Source: a virus
Taxonomy: Duplodnaviria; Caudoviricetes
Strand: one strand, 5' to 3'
Length of the DNA stretch: 56,921 nucleotides
Virus record (IMG/VR): IMGVR_UViG_3300037294_000251
Location: 1-56,921 of that record
Shown here piece by piece: positions 28,501 through 37,489 of the stretch. Position numbers and translations under genes: made by a program. Every line of letters begins with the position of its first letter. Position 1 is the stretch's first letter. The notes under the pieces were generated by a model, which was not told the DNA's origin, did not search any database, and saw nothing but the letters and a program-made list of their open reading frames with translations.

Positions 28501-29105
28501 GCAGTCACCTCGCCCGCTACAGCAACGGCGCTAGGCCCAATAAGCTCGCGCACCTCGCCATCGGCAAACATGACCTCAACGTCATAAACGCCTTTGGTCC
28601 ATGTGAGTGCGGCTGTGGTGGTGGCGCTTATTCCGAGAGTGACCTTTGCCCCATCAATAACAACTGTTCCACCCATACTCGGTGCTGGAACTGCACCCAA
28701 GTTGCTATTCCAGCTAAACAGAACATCGCCTCCGATCTTGCTGCGTATCTGTGCGCGCACCTCTGCACCTACTAGCGGTGCAGGCTCATTAAATACGAGC
28801 ATGCCACCAGAGGAATATGGCTTCAGGTCGCTGGCGTTGAAGTCGTTGATCTCAACTGTATCAACATCAACAACTAACGGAGTTCGGTATTCGCCGTCTC
28901 CAGTATTTAGCTCTGCGGGCGACTTTACCCCGGCAATGCTGACTGGCCACCCGTCCGGGATTCCATGCGCAGCCACGGATAACCGGCACGGCGCAGTGCT
29001 CGGCATTGCCGTAATTGGTCTGTATGCCAGCTTGCCTGAGCCATGCAAAAATGCCTGAGCGAACGTCTTTCCGCGACTGATAGTTATAGGGTATTCATTG
29101 CTCAT
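28497..29105 (-). CDS. Putative tail fibre adaptor/baseplate-like protein
   Basis: ITISRGKTF...RAQIR...GVYDVEV pattern. Confidence 0.65.
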   Translation of the reverse strand: MSNEYPITISRGKTFAQAFLHGSGKLAYRPITAMPSTAPCRLSVAAHGIPDGWPVSIAGVKSPAELNTGDGEYRTPLVVDVDTVEINDFNASDLKPYSSGGMLVFNEPAPLVGAEVRAQIRSKIGGDVLFSWNSNLGAVPAPSMGGTVVIDGAKVTLGISATTTAALTWTKGVYDVEVMFADGEVRELIGPSAVAVAGEVTA

Positions 29106-29590
29106 TCAGGCGCTCCAGGCATCTGTTCGGCGGACTTCATGCGCACCAAAGTTGCGTATTCCTGCAGCCCCTTGATCATCTGCCGGCTTAGGGCGAGCTG
29201 ATCGCGGAGGGTGTAATAATCTTGTCGAGCGTCTGCTGAGAGTTCGGCGCTTCCTGCATCATCCACGCTGGCGGCGCTGGAACTATTGGCAGCGGGCACT
29301 CGGCAGGTTGACTTGATGAGCAGCCGCTTACGGCCATCAGCAACATCAGCGCGCAAGCCATCATTGGTTTTGCGTACATGGGCAAGCTCCGTTGTATTGC
29401 GGGCATCAATGTCGTCGCGCTCAGTTAAGAGCATGCGACTCAGCTTTAAGGTATTGCGCAATGACGCAGCCCTAGCCTCGCTGGACGCCGAAGCATCGAG
29501 CGCGCCGTCACGGGCAGCCGTCACGCTGTCAATCCGCCATAGCGCCAAAACCAAGGCAAGGGCGAGCGCAGCGATTAGGTACTTAGTCAT
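29102..29590 (-). CDS. i-spanin (Rz-like)
   Basis: N-terminal TM helix, coiled coil, AELSADARQDYYTLR...GLQEY; follows endolysin. Confidence 0.85.
   Translation of the reverse strand: MTKYLIAALALALVLALWRIDSVTAARDGALDASASSEARAASLRNTLKLSRMLLTERDDIDARNTTELAHVRKTNDGLRADVADGRKRLLIKSTCRVPAANSSSAASVDDAGSAELSADARQDYYTLRDQLALSRQMIKGLQEYATLVRMKSAEQMPGAPE
29188..29379 (-). CDS. o-spanin lipoprotein (Rz1-like), embedded in Rz
   Basis: Alternate frame, lipobox AVSGC, Pro-rich PAPPAWMM. Confidence 0.8.
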   Translation of the reverse strand: MYAKPMMACALMLLMAVSGCSSSQPAECPLPIVPAPPAWMMQEAPNSQQTLDKIITPSAISSP

Positions 29591-30111
29591 AGCGTGCATA
29601 ACTCAGCTTCCCCGTTTCGCCGGTCCCATAAACCGGTGCAATAGCGTTGCTCGGTAGAGCAATCAATCTTCTTGCTGTCACGGGTAATGAAGCGCCAGTT
29701 CAAGATGGCTTTACAGCCACCAGCCTGCTCGCCTTGATTAAGGAGTTTCACCGTTGTAGATCGAGCGCACCCTGCATTGCCTACGTTGAAACACCAGCTA
29801 CCTACGCCAGCCCATGCAGGCTCGCTCATAGGCACCTTGATAATTGAGTGCGCGAAGGTTAGGCGCTGGCCAATCTCCGTCTTGCGCCACGCATCGCATT
29901 GGGCCTTAGTCATCACCGTATTGCGAGTGACGGCCTCGGTCTTGCCGTCGCATACAGTCCAGACGCGAGCGCCATCCTGATAGGATTTTAGCGGCGTAAT
30001 ACCGCTGCTTTCCTTCTCTCGAAGGTACTGATCCATGATGGTTGGCGCCGAAGCGCCGGCCAAAACTAGCGCGAGCACTGCGGCAGACAGGTAGCTCTTA
30101 ACCTTATTCAT
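29587..30111 (-). CDS. SAR-type endolysin (GH24 lysozyme)
   Basis: N-terminal hydrophobic SAR segment; E..YQDGARVWTVCDG; FNVG; GL..RR..E..LC. Confidence 0.9.
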   Translation of the reverse strand: MNKVKSYLSAAVLALVLAGASAPTIMDQYLREKESSGITPLKSYQDGARVWTVCDGKTEAVTRNTVMTKAQCDAWRKTEIGQRLTFAHSIIKVPMSEPAWAGVGSWCFNVGNAGCARSTTVKLLNQGEQAGGCKAILNWRFITRDSKKIDCSTEQRYCTGLWDRRNGEAELCTL

Positions 30112-30409
30112 GCTGATCACTTGGAGGAATGCTGCATGCCTGATTGCTACGCATCGAAAGCCGACTGCAGATACGCTGCACTTCAAGTTCGTGCAGCTTC
30201 TCGGCGCGCCGGTCTGCAGCCTTTTGCGCGGCAGTCTCGCGGCGATCCTTGCGAATCAACCACACCTGATTGGCCACCAGCGTGATAAGCGCGGTCAAAA
30301 TACCGATCACGATGCCCCACTCGGTCAGTGTCAGCCCCGATATGACGGACACCGCAGCACCGGAGTAGCTGACTGCGCTCATCACCTTATCGGTCATTGC
30401 GTCACTCAT
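30104..30409 (-). CDS. Holin
   Basis: Small TM protein (LTLTEWGIVIGILTALITL), charged C-tail, directly upstream of endolysin. Confidence 0.8.
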   Translation of the reverse strand: MSDAMTDKVMSAVSYSGAAVSVISGLTLTEWGIVIGILTALITLVANQVWLIRKDRRETAAQKAADRRAEKLHELEVQRICSRLSMRSNQACSIPPSDQHE

Positions 30410-31077
30410 ACGAAAAACGCCTTATTAGTCTGTGGCACGTCCTCGCGGGTGGTGCGCCGCAAGTCACTGTCGGGGCGCATGCCGAAGTAGCCGGTAAAGG
30501 CTGCTTCGGCGTCTGCGGCACGGCCAAGGTCGAGGGTTTCTGCGTCCGGCAAGCTAAACGCCCGATGCAGCATCCAGTGGACTAAGTGCCGATGGTGCGC
30601 TACGCCAATCTCAAGGGCTTCCGGTGGCGTTACTGCTAGCGTTGCCAGCGGTAGCCGGAACCCCTCAAGCAACACGGTGCCTGCAATGCTTGGTCGAGGC
30701 ACGATCCGCACCGAACTGTCGTTTTGAATGAGGTACTTAGGCTCACCATCGCGATCACGCCAGTCCGACATAACACTATCCAGATACTCGGGCGATACCA
30801 GCATTAACTGCCGGCGCCCTGTCGACCCAGCACAGCGAAAGCTCACATGACTAAGCTCATACAGCGCTGCGTGCATCGGGTAGGCTGACGTGCCAACTGA
30901 CACATCAATCTCACACACCGCTGCATTCTCAGACTCATGCAGTAGACGGCCGCGAATAGCCGCCTCAGCCTCTGCGTCAACCGACCATTGCGCTACCCAG
31001 TCCTTTCGGAATAGGTACGGCTCTATCAAGTCCTGAGTAACAACCCGGAACTCTTTTACTAGGTCGGCGCGACGCAT
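30406..31077 (-). CDS. Putative head-tail adaptor
   Basis: 223 aa after capsid genes; D..EPYL..W, HHRHLVHW...A..F..YFG pattern. Confidence 0.6.
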   Translation of the reverse strand: MRRADLVKEFRVVTQDLIEPYLFRKDWVAQWSVDAEAEAAIRGRLLHESENAAVCEIDVSVGTSAYPMHAALYELSHVSFRCAGSTGRRQLMLVSPEYLDSVMSDWRDRDGEPKYLIQNDSSVRIVPRPSIAGTVLLEGFRLPLATLAVTPPEALEIGVAHHRHLVHWMLHRAFSLPDAETLDLGRAADAEAAFTGYFGMRPDSDLRRTTREDVPQTNKAFFV

Positions 31078-31937
31078 TAGACAGCCCCGTACTGGTCAAT
31101 CAGACCGATGACCTTCGCGCGCATGCCCGCCACCGAATCACGCACATTCAGCGGGATGCGGTAGTTGTTGGTCGCGTAGTCCTGTAGGCGCTTCTTGTCC
31201 ATCAGCATCACCTGATCGCGCAGGTCTTGAAGTTGACTCACTTCATCGCGCTGCTCGTTCTTGTTAGCGCCAGCGGCATTCAGCACGCTACCGGTGTCGT
31301 CACCGGATACGTCCGCAACATCGCCAAGCTCAAACAGGTCCGTATGCCGTAGGAACTTCCGCGCCAAGTCGCCCGGCAAAATCCGCGTCTGGCCCTTACT
31401 AAAAGTAAGGCCGGTGCCGTATTGGCGGTCGACATAGCTCTCTCGGTGGTGGATATATGTCACAGCCAGATCACCCGGCATGATCCGCGCAATTCCCTGC
31501 CCAGACGCTTCGCCACAGACCTTTTCCGTGGCCTTGAGCAATGCAGCTTCCAGTCCAGCAGTTGCAGCAGTGGCAGCCTCATCGATCGCACGCTTAGTGG
31601 CGTGCACTACGCCGCGAAAAATGTAGTCCTTGGCCTTCTGCGCCTCGGGCAGCTCGGCATACGGCACGCAGCACGGGTGCTCTTTCTTATCGGCGTCCTT
31701 TTCAGGGCCATAAATCCAGCCATCGGCCACCTTTTGCGCCAACCAAGAGGCGTGCGAGTCCTCAGGCGTAGCGTCTGGATTAGCAAGGTGCATATTTACG
31801 CCAGCGATAGCGCTATCTTTTTGCCAGTCCGGCGCGTCTTCCCATAGCAACTGGGTAAAGTCGCCCATGCCCATGCAATAGGCGCGGTTGGCCTCATGCG
31901 CAGCCATAGCGATCAACGTAATAATTAGCAATTCCAT
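31077..31937 (-). CDS. RyR-domain-containing protein
   Basis: AHEANRAYC...SHASWLAQKVADGWIYGPEKD..KEHPCCVPYAELPEAQKAKD. Confidence 0.8.
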   Translation of the reverse strand: MELLIITLIAMAAHEANRAYCMGMGDFTQLLWEDAPDWQKDSAIAGVNMHLANPDATPEDSHASWLAQKVADGWIYGPEKDADKKEHPCCVPYAELPEAQKAKDYIFRGVVHATKRAIDEAATAATAGLEAALLKATEKVCGEASGQGIARIMPGDLAVTYIHHRESYVDRQYGTGLTFSKGQTRILPGDLARKFLRHTDLFELGDVADVSGDDTGSVLNAAGANKNEQRDEVSQLQDLRDQVMLMDKKRLQDYATNNYRIPLNVRDSVAGMRAKVIGLIDQYGAV

Positions 31938-31951
31938 CGGTGTACTCCTGT

Positions 31952-31986
31952 AAAAAAGGCGCAGCCATCACAGCGCCGCGCCTTTT
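31952..31986 (-). terminator. Probable intrinsic terminator after capsid/decoration genes
   Basis: AAAAGGCGC...GCGCCTTTT inverted repeat with A/T runs. Confidence 0.6.
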
Positions 31987-31994
31987 ACTGCGGT

Positions 31995-32477
31995 TTAACG
32001 AGCTAGACCGAGTTCGCCAGTGAGCAGCAGGTCGATCTGGCTGGCTTTCGCGTTTGCGGCGCCGGCAGTGACCAAGATCAGCTTGGCGGGTTTAGGCAGT
32101 ACGACCGGCGCTTTGCTGGTTGCCATGCGCAGGCGGCCGACAGCGTTCAGCACCAAGCCCGCACCGAAGTACGCAGCATCTTGCGGAACTGCGGCACTAT
32201 CGACGCCATCGTCATACTCAAAGCCGAGCGTACCGGTCACTGCGGCAGTCATGGCGGTACTAACTACCAGCATGCAGTCATCCAAGCGCATGCCGGTTGG
32301 CAGCACGCCGAGTACTACCTTGTCGCCCAGGCCGATGGCAGCAACAGAGTCAGCGCCAATAGCAGCGCCAATGGAGTTGGTTTTTAGCTGAAATGGCAGC
32401 GCAGTGACGTTGCCGTAAGCGCCTGCAGCGCCGCCGAACTGACGGGCGCGGAACTGGTTAATCGTTACAGTAGGCAT
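31995..32477 (-). CDS. Putative capsid decoration/cement protein
   Basis: 160 aa directly after the major capsid gene, strong RBS. Confidence 0.6.
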   Translation of the reverse strand: MPTVTINQFRARQFGGAAGAYGNVTALPFQLKTNSIGAAIGADSVAAIGLGDKVVLGVLPTGMRLDDCMLVVSTAMTAAVTGTLGFEYDDGVDSAAVPQDAAYFGAGLVLNAVGRLRMATSKAPVVLPKPAKLILVTAGAANAKASQIDLLLTGELGLAR

Positions 32478-32531
32478 AGTGATTCTCCATCCTTCACGGA
32501 AGGGCCGGCCCGGTTGCCCAGGCCGAGCCGA

Positions 32532-33827
32532 TTAGTTGCGCGCGCCGATGATCGGCACAGCGGTGTCGATGCAGGTCACGCCGTAGTCGGTGAACTGGCT
32601 GCCGTTGCCGTAATCCATATCGAAGCGGATTTTTGACACGCCACGGATCATGCCGATCAGCAGTTCGCACTTGTCGAAATGATCCAGTTCTTTCTCCGAC
32701 CAGAAGAACGGAATCTTCGACCTGTCGCTGGCCGCCATTGCCTCGGCGATTGCCTGGCCACCCAGCAAGATGGCGCGGTCAACTGCGAAGTTAGTGCCAA
32801 AGCCAGCCGGCACAATGCAGCTCGACTCGGTTTCGCTGGTGAACGAGCCGCAATACTTGATGGTGTCACCGGCATAGAAGCGAATCGGCTTAGGCATCTT
32901 CATGATCAAGATGCCATTCCACAGACCTGCATCACCTTTGAACAGCGGATGACCGGCTGCTTGGCTAGCGCGCGCCATTGCAGACGCTTGGAACTGACGG
33001 AAGACTGGATCAGTTGCGAACCCGCTGTACTGGGCAGACGACACCAGTAGGGCGCGAATCGGGCTGTCAGTCGCCGCCTCGTCACCCTCGAAAATCACTG
33101 GTGGTGGCGGCAGAGCGATTTGCTCCATCACGGTACGAATGCCGTCGATGGTTTCCATATTCAGTGTTTCGGTGGTCAGCAGATCAATTTCACCGGCATT
33201 GACGGTGAATGGCTCAATGCCGGCGCCGCCCTTGGCGATGAAGTGGCGGTTCTTGGTCGGCGCCTTCACGCGGTTTACCATGATTTCCGCGAACTGAGGG
33301 TCAGCTTCGGTAGGAACGCCCCACTCGATGTTGTCATGGAAGCCGCGAGCGCCTGCCATGTGTACCAGCAACGTTTGGTCGACGTACCTGTCTGCCATGC
33401 CCTGCGCAACGGGACGGCCCAGCTTGCGGAAGTCGGCCGGCGAGCGAATGCCGGTCATGGTGTTACCCAAATCGATTGGGAAACGAGCCTGGTCAACGCG
33501 CAAGCGATCTTCCGACAGCTTCATGCCGACGCCACGGCCTTCTGCCACAGCGCTGCCCATGATCGGCTTGGCATTGGTAGGGTTAAGCAGGTGGAAGGTC
33601 ACTTCATCGCCGCGACCTTTGCTTAGGTCTTCGCACTTGACGATGGGCATGTGTTGAGTGGTCTGCTTGCGCAAGGTAGCTTCAGCGCCAGCGGTGCCGG
33701 ATGGCATGCTGCCGGTGAGGCGGCCCATCATCGAGTTGCGCTGGTTGTGCGTGGCGAGCAGGAACGCGGCCTGTACGACCTGTGCGCCCTTATCGCCGTA
33801 CTGCATATTGGTCTTTGGTGCTGGCAT
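32532..33827 (-). CDS. Major capsid protein (N4-gp56/DUF4043-like)
   Basis: DLSKGRGDEVTF, PLFKG..GLWNGILI, DRAILLGGQA, DYGV..IDTA; follows scaffold. Confidence 0.85.
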   Translation of the reverse strand: MPAPKTNMQYGDKGAQVVQAAFLLATHNQRNSMMGRLTGSMPSGTAGAEATLRKQTTQHMPIVKCEDLSKGRGDEVTFHLLNPTNAKPIMGSAVAEGRGVGMKLSEDRLRVDQARFPIDLGNTMTGIRSPADFRKLGRPVAQGMADRYVDQTLLVHMAGARGFHDNIEWGVPTEADPQFAEIMVNRVKAPTKNRHFIAKGGAGIEPFTVNAGEIDLLTTETLNMETIDGIRTVMEQIALPPPPVIFEGDEAATDSPIRALLVSSAQYSGFATDPVFRQFQASAMARASQAAGHPLFKGDAGLWNGILIMKMPKPIRFYAGDTIKYCGSFTSETESSCIVPAGFGTNFAVDRAILLGGQAIAEAMAASDRSKIPFFWSEKELDHFDKCELLIGMIRGVSKIRFDMDYGNGSQFTDYGVTCIDTAVPIIGARN

Positions 33828-33863
33828 GGTGATACTCCAAATAGCGGGACTTGAACCGGTGCC

Positions 33864-34859
33864 TTAAAGCATTCGGCTCGCGTATTCCTCCCGCTGCTTA
33901 GGGGTCATTTTTTGCATGGCCTCGCTAAGCTCACGGGAGTTCATGGCGTCCATCGCTTCAAACTTCCCGCCAGACACGGCTGCGCCGCCCGGAATATCCG
34001 AGAGACTTAGCGGTACATGGGTAGGGGTTTTGGCGATGGCAGCTTTTGCAGCGGCGCGCGCATCTAGCGGCGCTGGCTGCTGAGTCAATCCAGTGGCTTC
34101 CTTGAACGAATCGAAAAACTCGATGACCTCGGGAGCAGTACCTTTGCTGTTCAGGTGGTCGAAGCCAGCCCGGACATACGCCGGCTGTGCTGCGAGCCAA
34201 TCACTCAGCTCTTTGCTTTCGAGGATCGAGTCAAGGTCCGGGTGCGCGTCATAGATAGCCCCAAAGTGGGCCTGCTCCACGGTTTGCGCCTCATTGGCCT
34301 TGGCCTGCTCTTCCTTTTGACGGTAAGGGGCCAGCGCCTTTGCGACCTGCTCATCAACCAGTCGCTTTACGCCACTGGCGATCGCGCCTTCGGAAAAGTC
34401 CCCAAAAATATCGGGGTTTACACCGGCATCAATGGCAGCTTCTGCAACTGCTAACTGCTGGTCGGCCACGGTAGGCGCAATACCTGCGTCTGCCCGCTGC
34501 TGTGCCTGAGCCTTGAGCTGCTCAATCTCTTGCGAGAAAGCCGCTACCTGCTCTTTCAGCACCTTCTTTTCCGCGCGCTCATCGAGCAACTTTTGGTAGT
34601 CGATGGTGTGCTTGCCGTCTTTGGCGAGAATCACGGTGTTGTCCACCGTCAACTGGTCGTCGCTGATCGATTCGTTAGTAGTGCCTGTCGCAACCACTGG
34701 CTGCTGATCGTCATCAAGGGCGGCGTCGGGCGCGCCACCTGTTTCCGCAAGTGCGGTATCGCCCTGTCCGCCAAGCTCTAAAAGCTGGGCGGCCTGCTGC
34801 GCGGTCAAGTTGCCGTCCGGTGCGTACTGCTGGATAAAATCTTCGGTGTTCATGTTCAC
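33864..34859 (-). CDS. Capsid scaffolding protein
   Basis: Acidic, helical, KDGKHTI.Y motif; between portal and capsid. Confidence 0.75.
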   Translation of the reverse strand: MNMNTEDFIQQYAPDGNLTAQQAAQLLELGGQGDTALAETGGAPDAALDDDQQPVVATGTTNESISDDQLTVDNTVILAKDGKHTIDYQKLLDERAEKKVLKEQVAAFSQEIEQLKAQAQQRADAGIAPTVADQQLAVAEAAIDAGVNPDIFGDFSEGAIASGVKRLVDEQVAKALAPYRQKEEQAKANEAQTVEQAHFGAIYDAHPDLDSILESKELSDWLAAQPAYVRAGFDHLNSKGTAPEVIEFFDSFKEATGLTQQPAPLDARAAAKAAIAKTPTHVPLSLSDIPGGAAVSGGKFEAMDAMNSRELSEAMQKMTPKQREEYASRML

Positions 34860-34955
34860 TTCGTCCCGCCACTTATCGCTGTGGCCGCAAGGGGCTTTAG
34901 CTGCGCAGGGCGTTGCCGCCGTGCGTGTCGTCGCGCATGACGCGACTTACGGCAA

Positions 34956-34992
34956 AGTGTGGGGAGCGAGGTTTTTTCGGGCGAACCCTACA
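34956..34992 (-). promoter_or_regulatory. Late promoter motif copy 3 (TGTAGGGTTCGC-N19-CACACT)
   Basis: Exact 12-mer at 34981-34992 upstream of scaffold. Confidence 0.7.
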
Positions 34993-35027
34993 AGGTGCAT
35001 GGGTTTGCGCAGGCAAATCGCAGGCAC

Positions 35028-35052
35028 AAAAAAGCCCGCGCGATGGCGGGCT
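35028..35052 (-). terminator. Intrinsic terminator after portal
   Basis: AGCCCGC-loop-GCGGGCT followed by T-run on minus strand. Confidence 0.75.
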
Positions 35053-35075
35053 GATGTGGTGTTGCCGGTGTCGTG

Positions 35076-35171
35076 CTAGGCGCTAATCCGCGCCACGTTT
35101 TGCGCATTCACTAATCGCGGCGCAGTCAGGCATTTAGCGATGATTTCCTGCTCGATTGATTTGTCATTCAT
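35076..35171 (-). pseudogene. 31-aa remnant of a gp49/66-like gene (MNDKSIEQEIIAKCLTAPR...)
   Basis: Translated by hand; ATG overlaps portal stop; start resembles gp49/66-family proteins, then diverges. Confidence 0.5.
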
Positions 35172-37480
35172 TGCTGCATTCCTTCTAGGTTGTCAGTGGT
35201 TCGCGGTGTCTCGATACCCTGCATTGGCGAGCCGCCCTGCTGCGGCACGGGCGGGAATGCTGGGCTGGTGTTCTGCTGTACGGCTGGAGGTAATTGCTCA
35301 CTGCCAACCTGTGCACCATCGCCCTGTATGTACGGGCTGCTGATATTTGAGGCGGCTGTCTGCTCGGCCGTTGGGAAGTTCGGATCGTCGCCGCCGGGGC
35401 TAGGCCGCTTGTAGCCGGCGCCCTGCATAACCACGTCAGCAATCGGTGCAATCTGCGGCATCTGCGCCACCTGCACGCCTGCCTGCATTGCGCTGTAAGC
35501 GGTCTGCACGCCAATCTGCACAGCCTGGGCCAGCAGTTTTTCAATCTCGGCGTCGCTGCGTTTCTCTTTGAGCGCCACCTCGCGCATCTTCACGTCGACG
35601 CCCGACTTCTGCAGCGCGTCCTGCGCGGCCTGTTGAATACGCTGCTCGATAGCCTCTGGTGACTCTTGCGCGCCGGCGGCCTTGATTGCATCCATCACGT
35701 CTGACTTATAGGGAATATCCATCAGCCCGACCATGGACGGCAGCATCGCCGCCTGGTACTGCGGTGGCAGCGACTTGACCGCCTCCGACATAGCATTTAG
35801 CTGCTGGCCTCGATAGCTGGCCGAACTTGGCACGTCCTCAAGCGACACTTTCAGTCGAGTGCGCTGCAGGTCGTTGGACAGATAGGTGTAACCCTCGTCC
35901 TCGTCTACCTCGGGCTTATTGATGATGACGGTACGATCTTCCTTCACTGCGTCACCCTGAATCACAATCGTGTGCTCTTTGCTGCCCAAGTCCTCGACGA
36001 TCATCGACAGCAGCAGCTCACCGACTTGTGATCGCCCTTCACGAAAGCTATCCATCATGCTGGCTAGACTCTGATTGCTTTGCTCGACCTGCGTCTGCTC
36101 TTGCACGCCAGACGTTGCAGTACCCTGCTTGCCCATAAAGCCAGATGTGACTGCGCTCACCCGCTGAATACTGGCGCGACTGTCCTGAATCATCTGGAAG
36201 TGCTGGGTGTTGAGCTGGAAGTCACGCTTGACCTCAAAGCGCGCGCCAGGCTTAGCCATCGCAGCCGCATCGAGCACAATGTCCGCGTCGACACGACCAA
36301 CCTGCGCCCGAAACTGGGCGTCAGTCATAGCGACGGCACCCTTGGTGCGCTCAGTGCGGGCCACTGCCATGCCCCAGCGCAGCTTAGATATGCCGCTGTT
36401 CAGTGCGTCTTGCGGGTAGATCATGCCGCGCACATAGCCGTAAGGGATATTGGTTGCGTCCTCGCGGAAGCCCCAAAACGGCACATATGGGAAGTGCGTG
36501 TGTGCGTAAGGCGTCGGGCCATCGAACAGGCAGTGCGGGCCAAGCCAGTAGCTTCGGCGCATGCGGCACACGACAGCCATTGAATACTCGACCGAGCCGC
36601 TGGCCACGGCCGCGTTATGCGCCTGGTTATCCTCGTCGTACTCAACCACGCGCCCATCCGGGCTTTTAATGACCGGCACATTTTCCCAGCGGCGATACCA
36701 GACCTCGGCCACGCACACCTGCTTGCTTGTCGGGTTGTACCAGCGATCTTCCTGCACGGTCCATGATCGAGCTTCGGCCCAAGCGTTATTAAGGCCGGTA
36801 GATAATCCGTCACCATATGACTCGATAGACAGCTCGGACCACCACTGCGGCCCGTACTTGCCGACAGCCCTGATTAGCTCTTTATGCTCAGGGAACACCA
36901 ATGACACACGCTCAGGATCAATCCAGCGTTGCCGGCGCAGGTAGCGTGCATCGCTCAGGTCTGACTCTTGCGCGGCAAAGTCCCAGTGAATTTCGCGGCG
37001 ATGCACATGCACGCAGCGGTACGGGTACTTAAAGGGGTCACTCTCACGCTTTACTTCTACCCAGCCAAGCCCGATAGCAATCTGCGGCCGGAAGGCGTCA
37101 GAGCACGCAGCATCGGCCCTGGATTGTCGTTCCACTTCATTCAGCTTGAAGTTCAGCGCGTCAGCTATGTCCTGCCCGCCTGTTTGGCCGTTAGGCGTTA
37201 CGCGCCAGTCAGTACGAGTAGCAGACTCATAGCCTTGGATCGACAGCAGCGCCGGACCTACCAAATCCTCCACGGCTGGCGGGATGCCTAGCGCCTGCTG
37301 ACGCTTTAGCAGATCGCTATCAAGTTGATTGCCGTCTGCATAGTCCATCTCTTTATCGGCTATGTGTCTCCAGCGCGGCTGCTCTTCAATTTCGCGCATG
37401 TACTCGGTGTACTCATGCAACGTCAAAGCTAGCGGCTCAGCCTGCTCGTCGTCCGGTGCTTCGATGAATGCGGCGTCCAT
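35168..37480 (-). CDS. Portal protein (P22-like)
   Basis: 770 aa after TerL; DYADGNQ, FPYVPFWG..YGYVR....QD..N, ATSG motifs. Confidence 0.9.
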   Translation of the reverse strand: MDAAFIEAPDDEQAEPLALTLHEYTEYMREIEEQPRWRHIADKEMDYADGNQLDSDLLKRQQALGIPPAVEDLVGPALLSIQGYESATRTDWRVTPNGQTGGQDIADALNFKLNEVERQSRADAACSDAFRPQIAIGLGWVEVKRESDPFKYPYRCVHVHRREIHWDFAAQESDLSDARYLRRQRWIDPERVSLVFPEHKELIRAVGKYGPQWWSELSIESYGDGLSTGLNNAWAEARSWTVQEDRWYNPTSKQVCVAEVWYRRWENVPVIKSPDGRVVEYDEDNQAHNAAVASGSVEYSMAVVCRMRRSYWLGPHCLFDGPTPYAHTHFPYVPFWGFREDATNIPYGYVRGMIYPQDALNSGISKLRWGMAVARTERTKGAVAMTDAQFRAQVGRVDADIVLDAAAMAKPGARFEVKRDFQLNTQHFQMIQDSRASIQRVSAVTSGFMGKQGTATSGVQEQTQVEQSNQSLASMMDSFREGRSQVGELLLSMIVEDLGSKEHTIVIQGDAVKEDRTVIINKPEVDEDEGYTYLSNDLQRTRLKVSLEDVPSSASYRGQQLNAMSEAVKSLPPQYQAAMLPSMVGLMDIPYKSDVMDAIKAAGAQESPEAIEQRIQQAAQDALQKSGVDVKMREVALKEKRSDAEIEKLLAQAVQIGVQTAYSAMQAGVQVAQMPQIAPIADVVMQGAGYKRPSPGGDDPNFPTAEQTAASNISSPYIQGDGAQVGSEQLPPAVQQNTSPAFPPVPQQGGSPMQGIETPRTTDNLEGMQQ

Positions 37481-37489
37481 AATCTGTCC

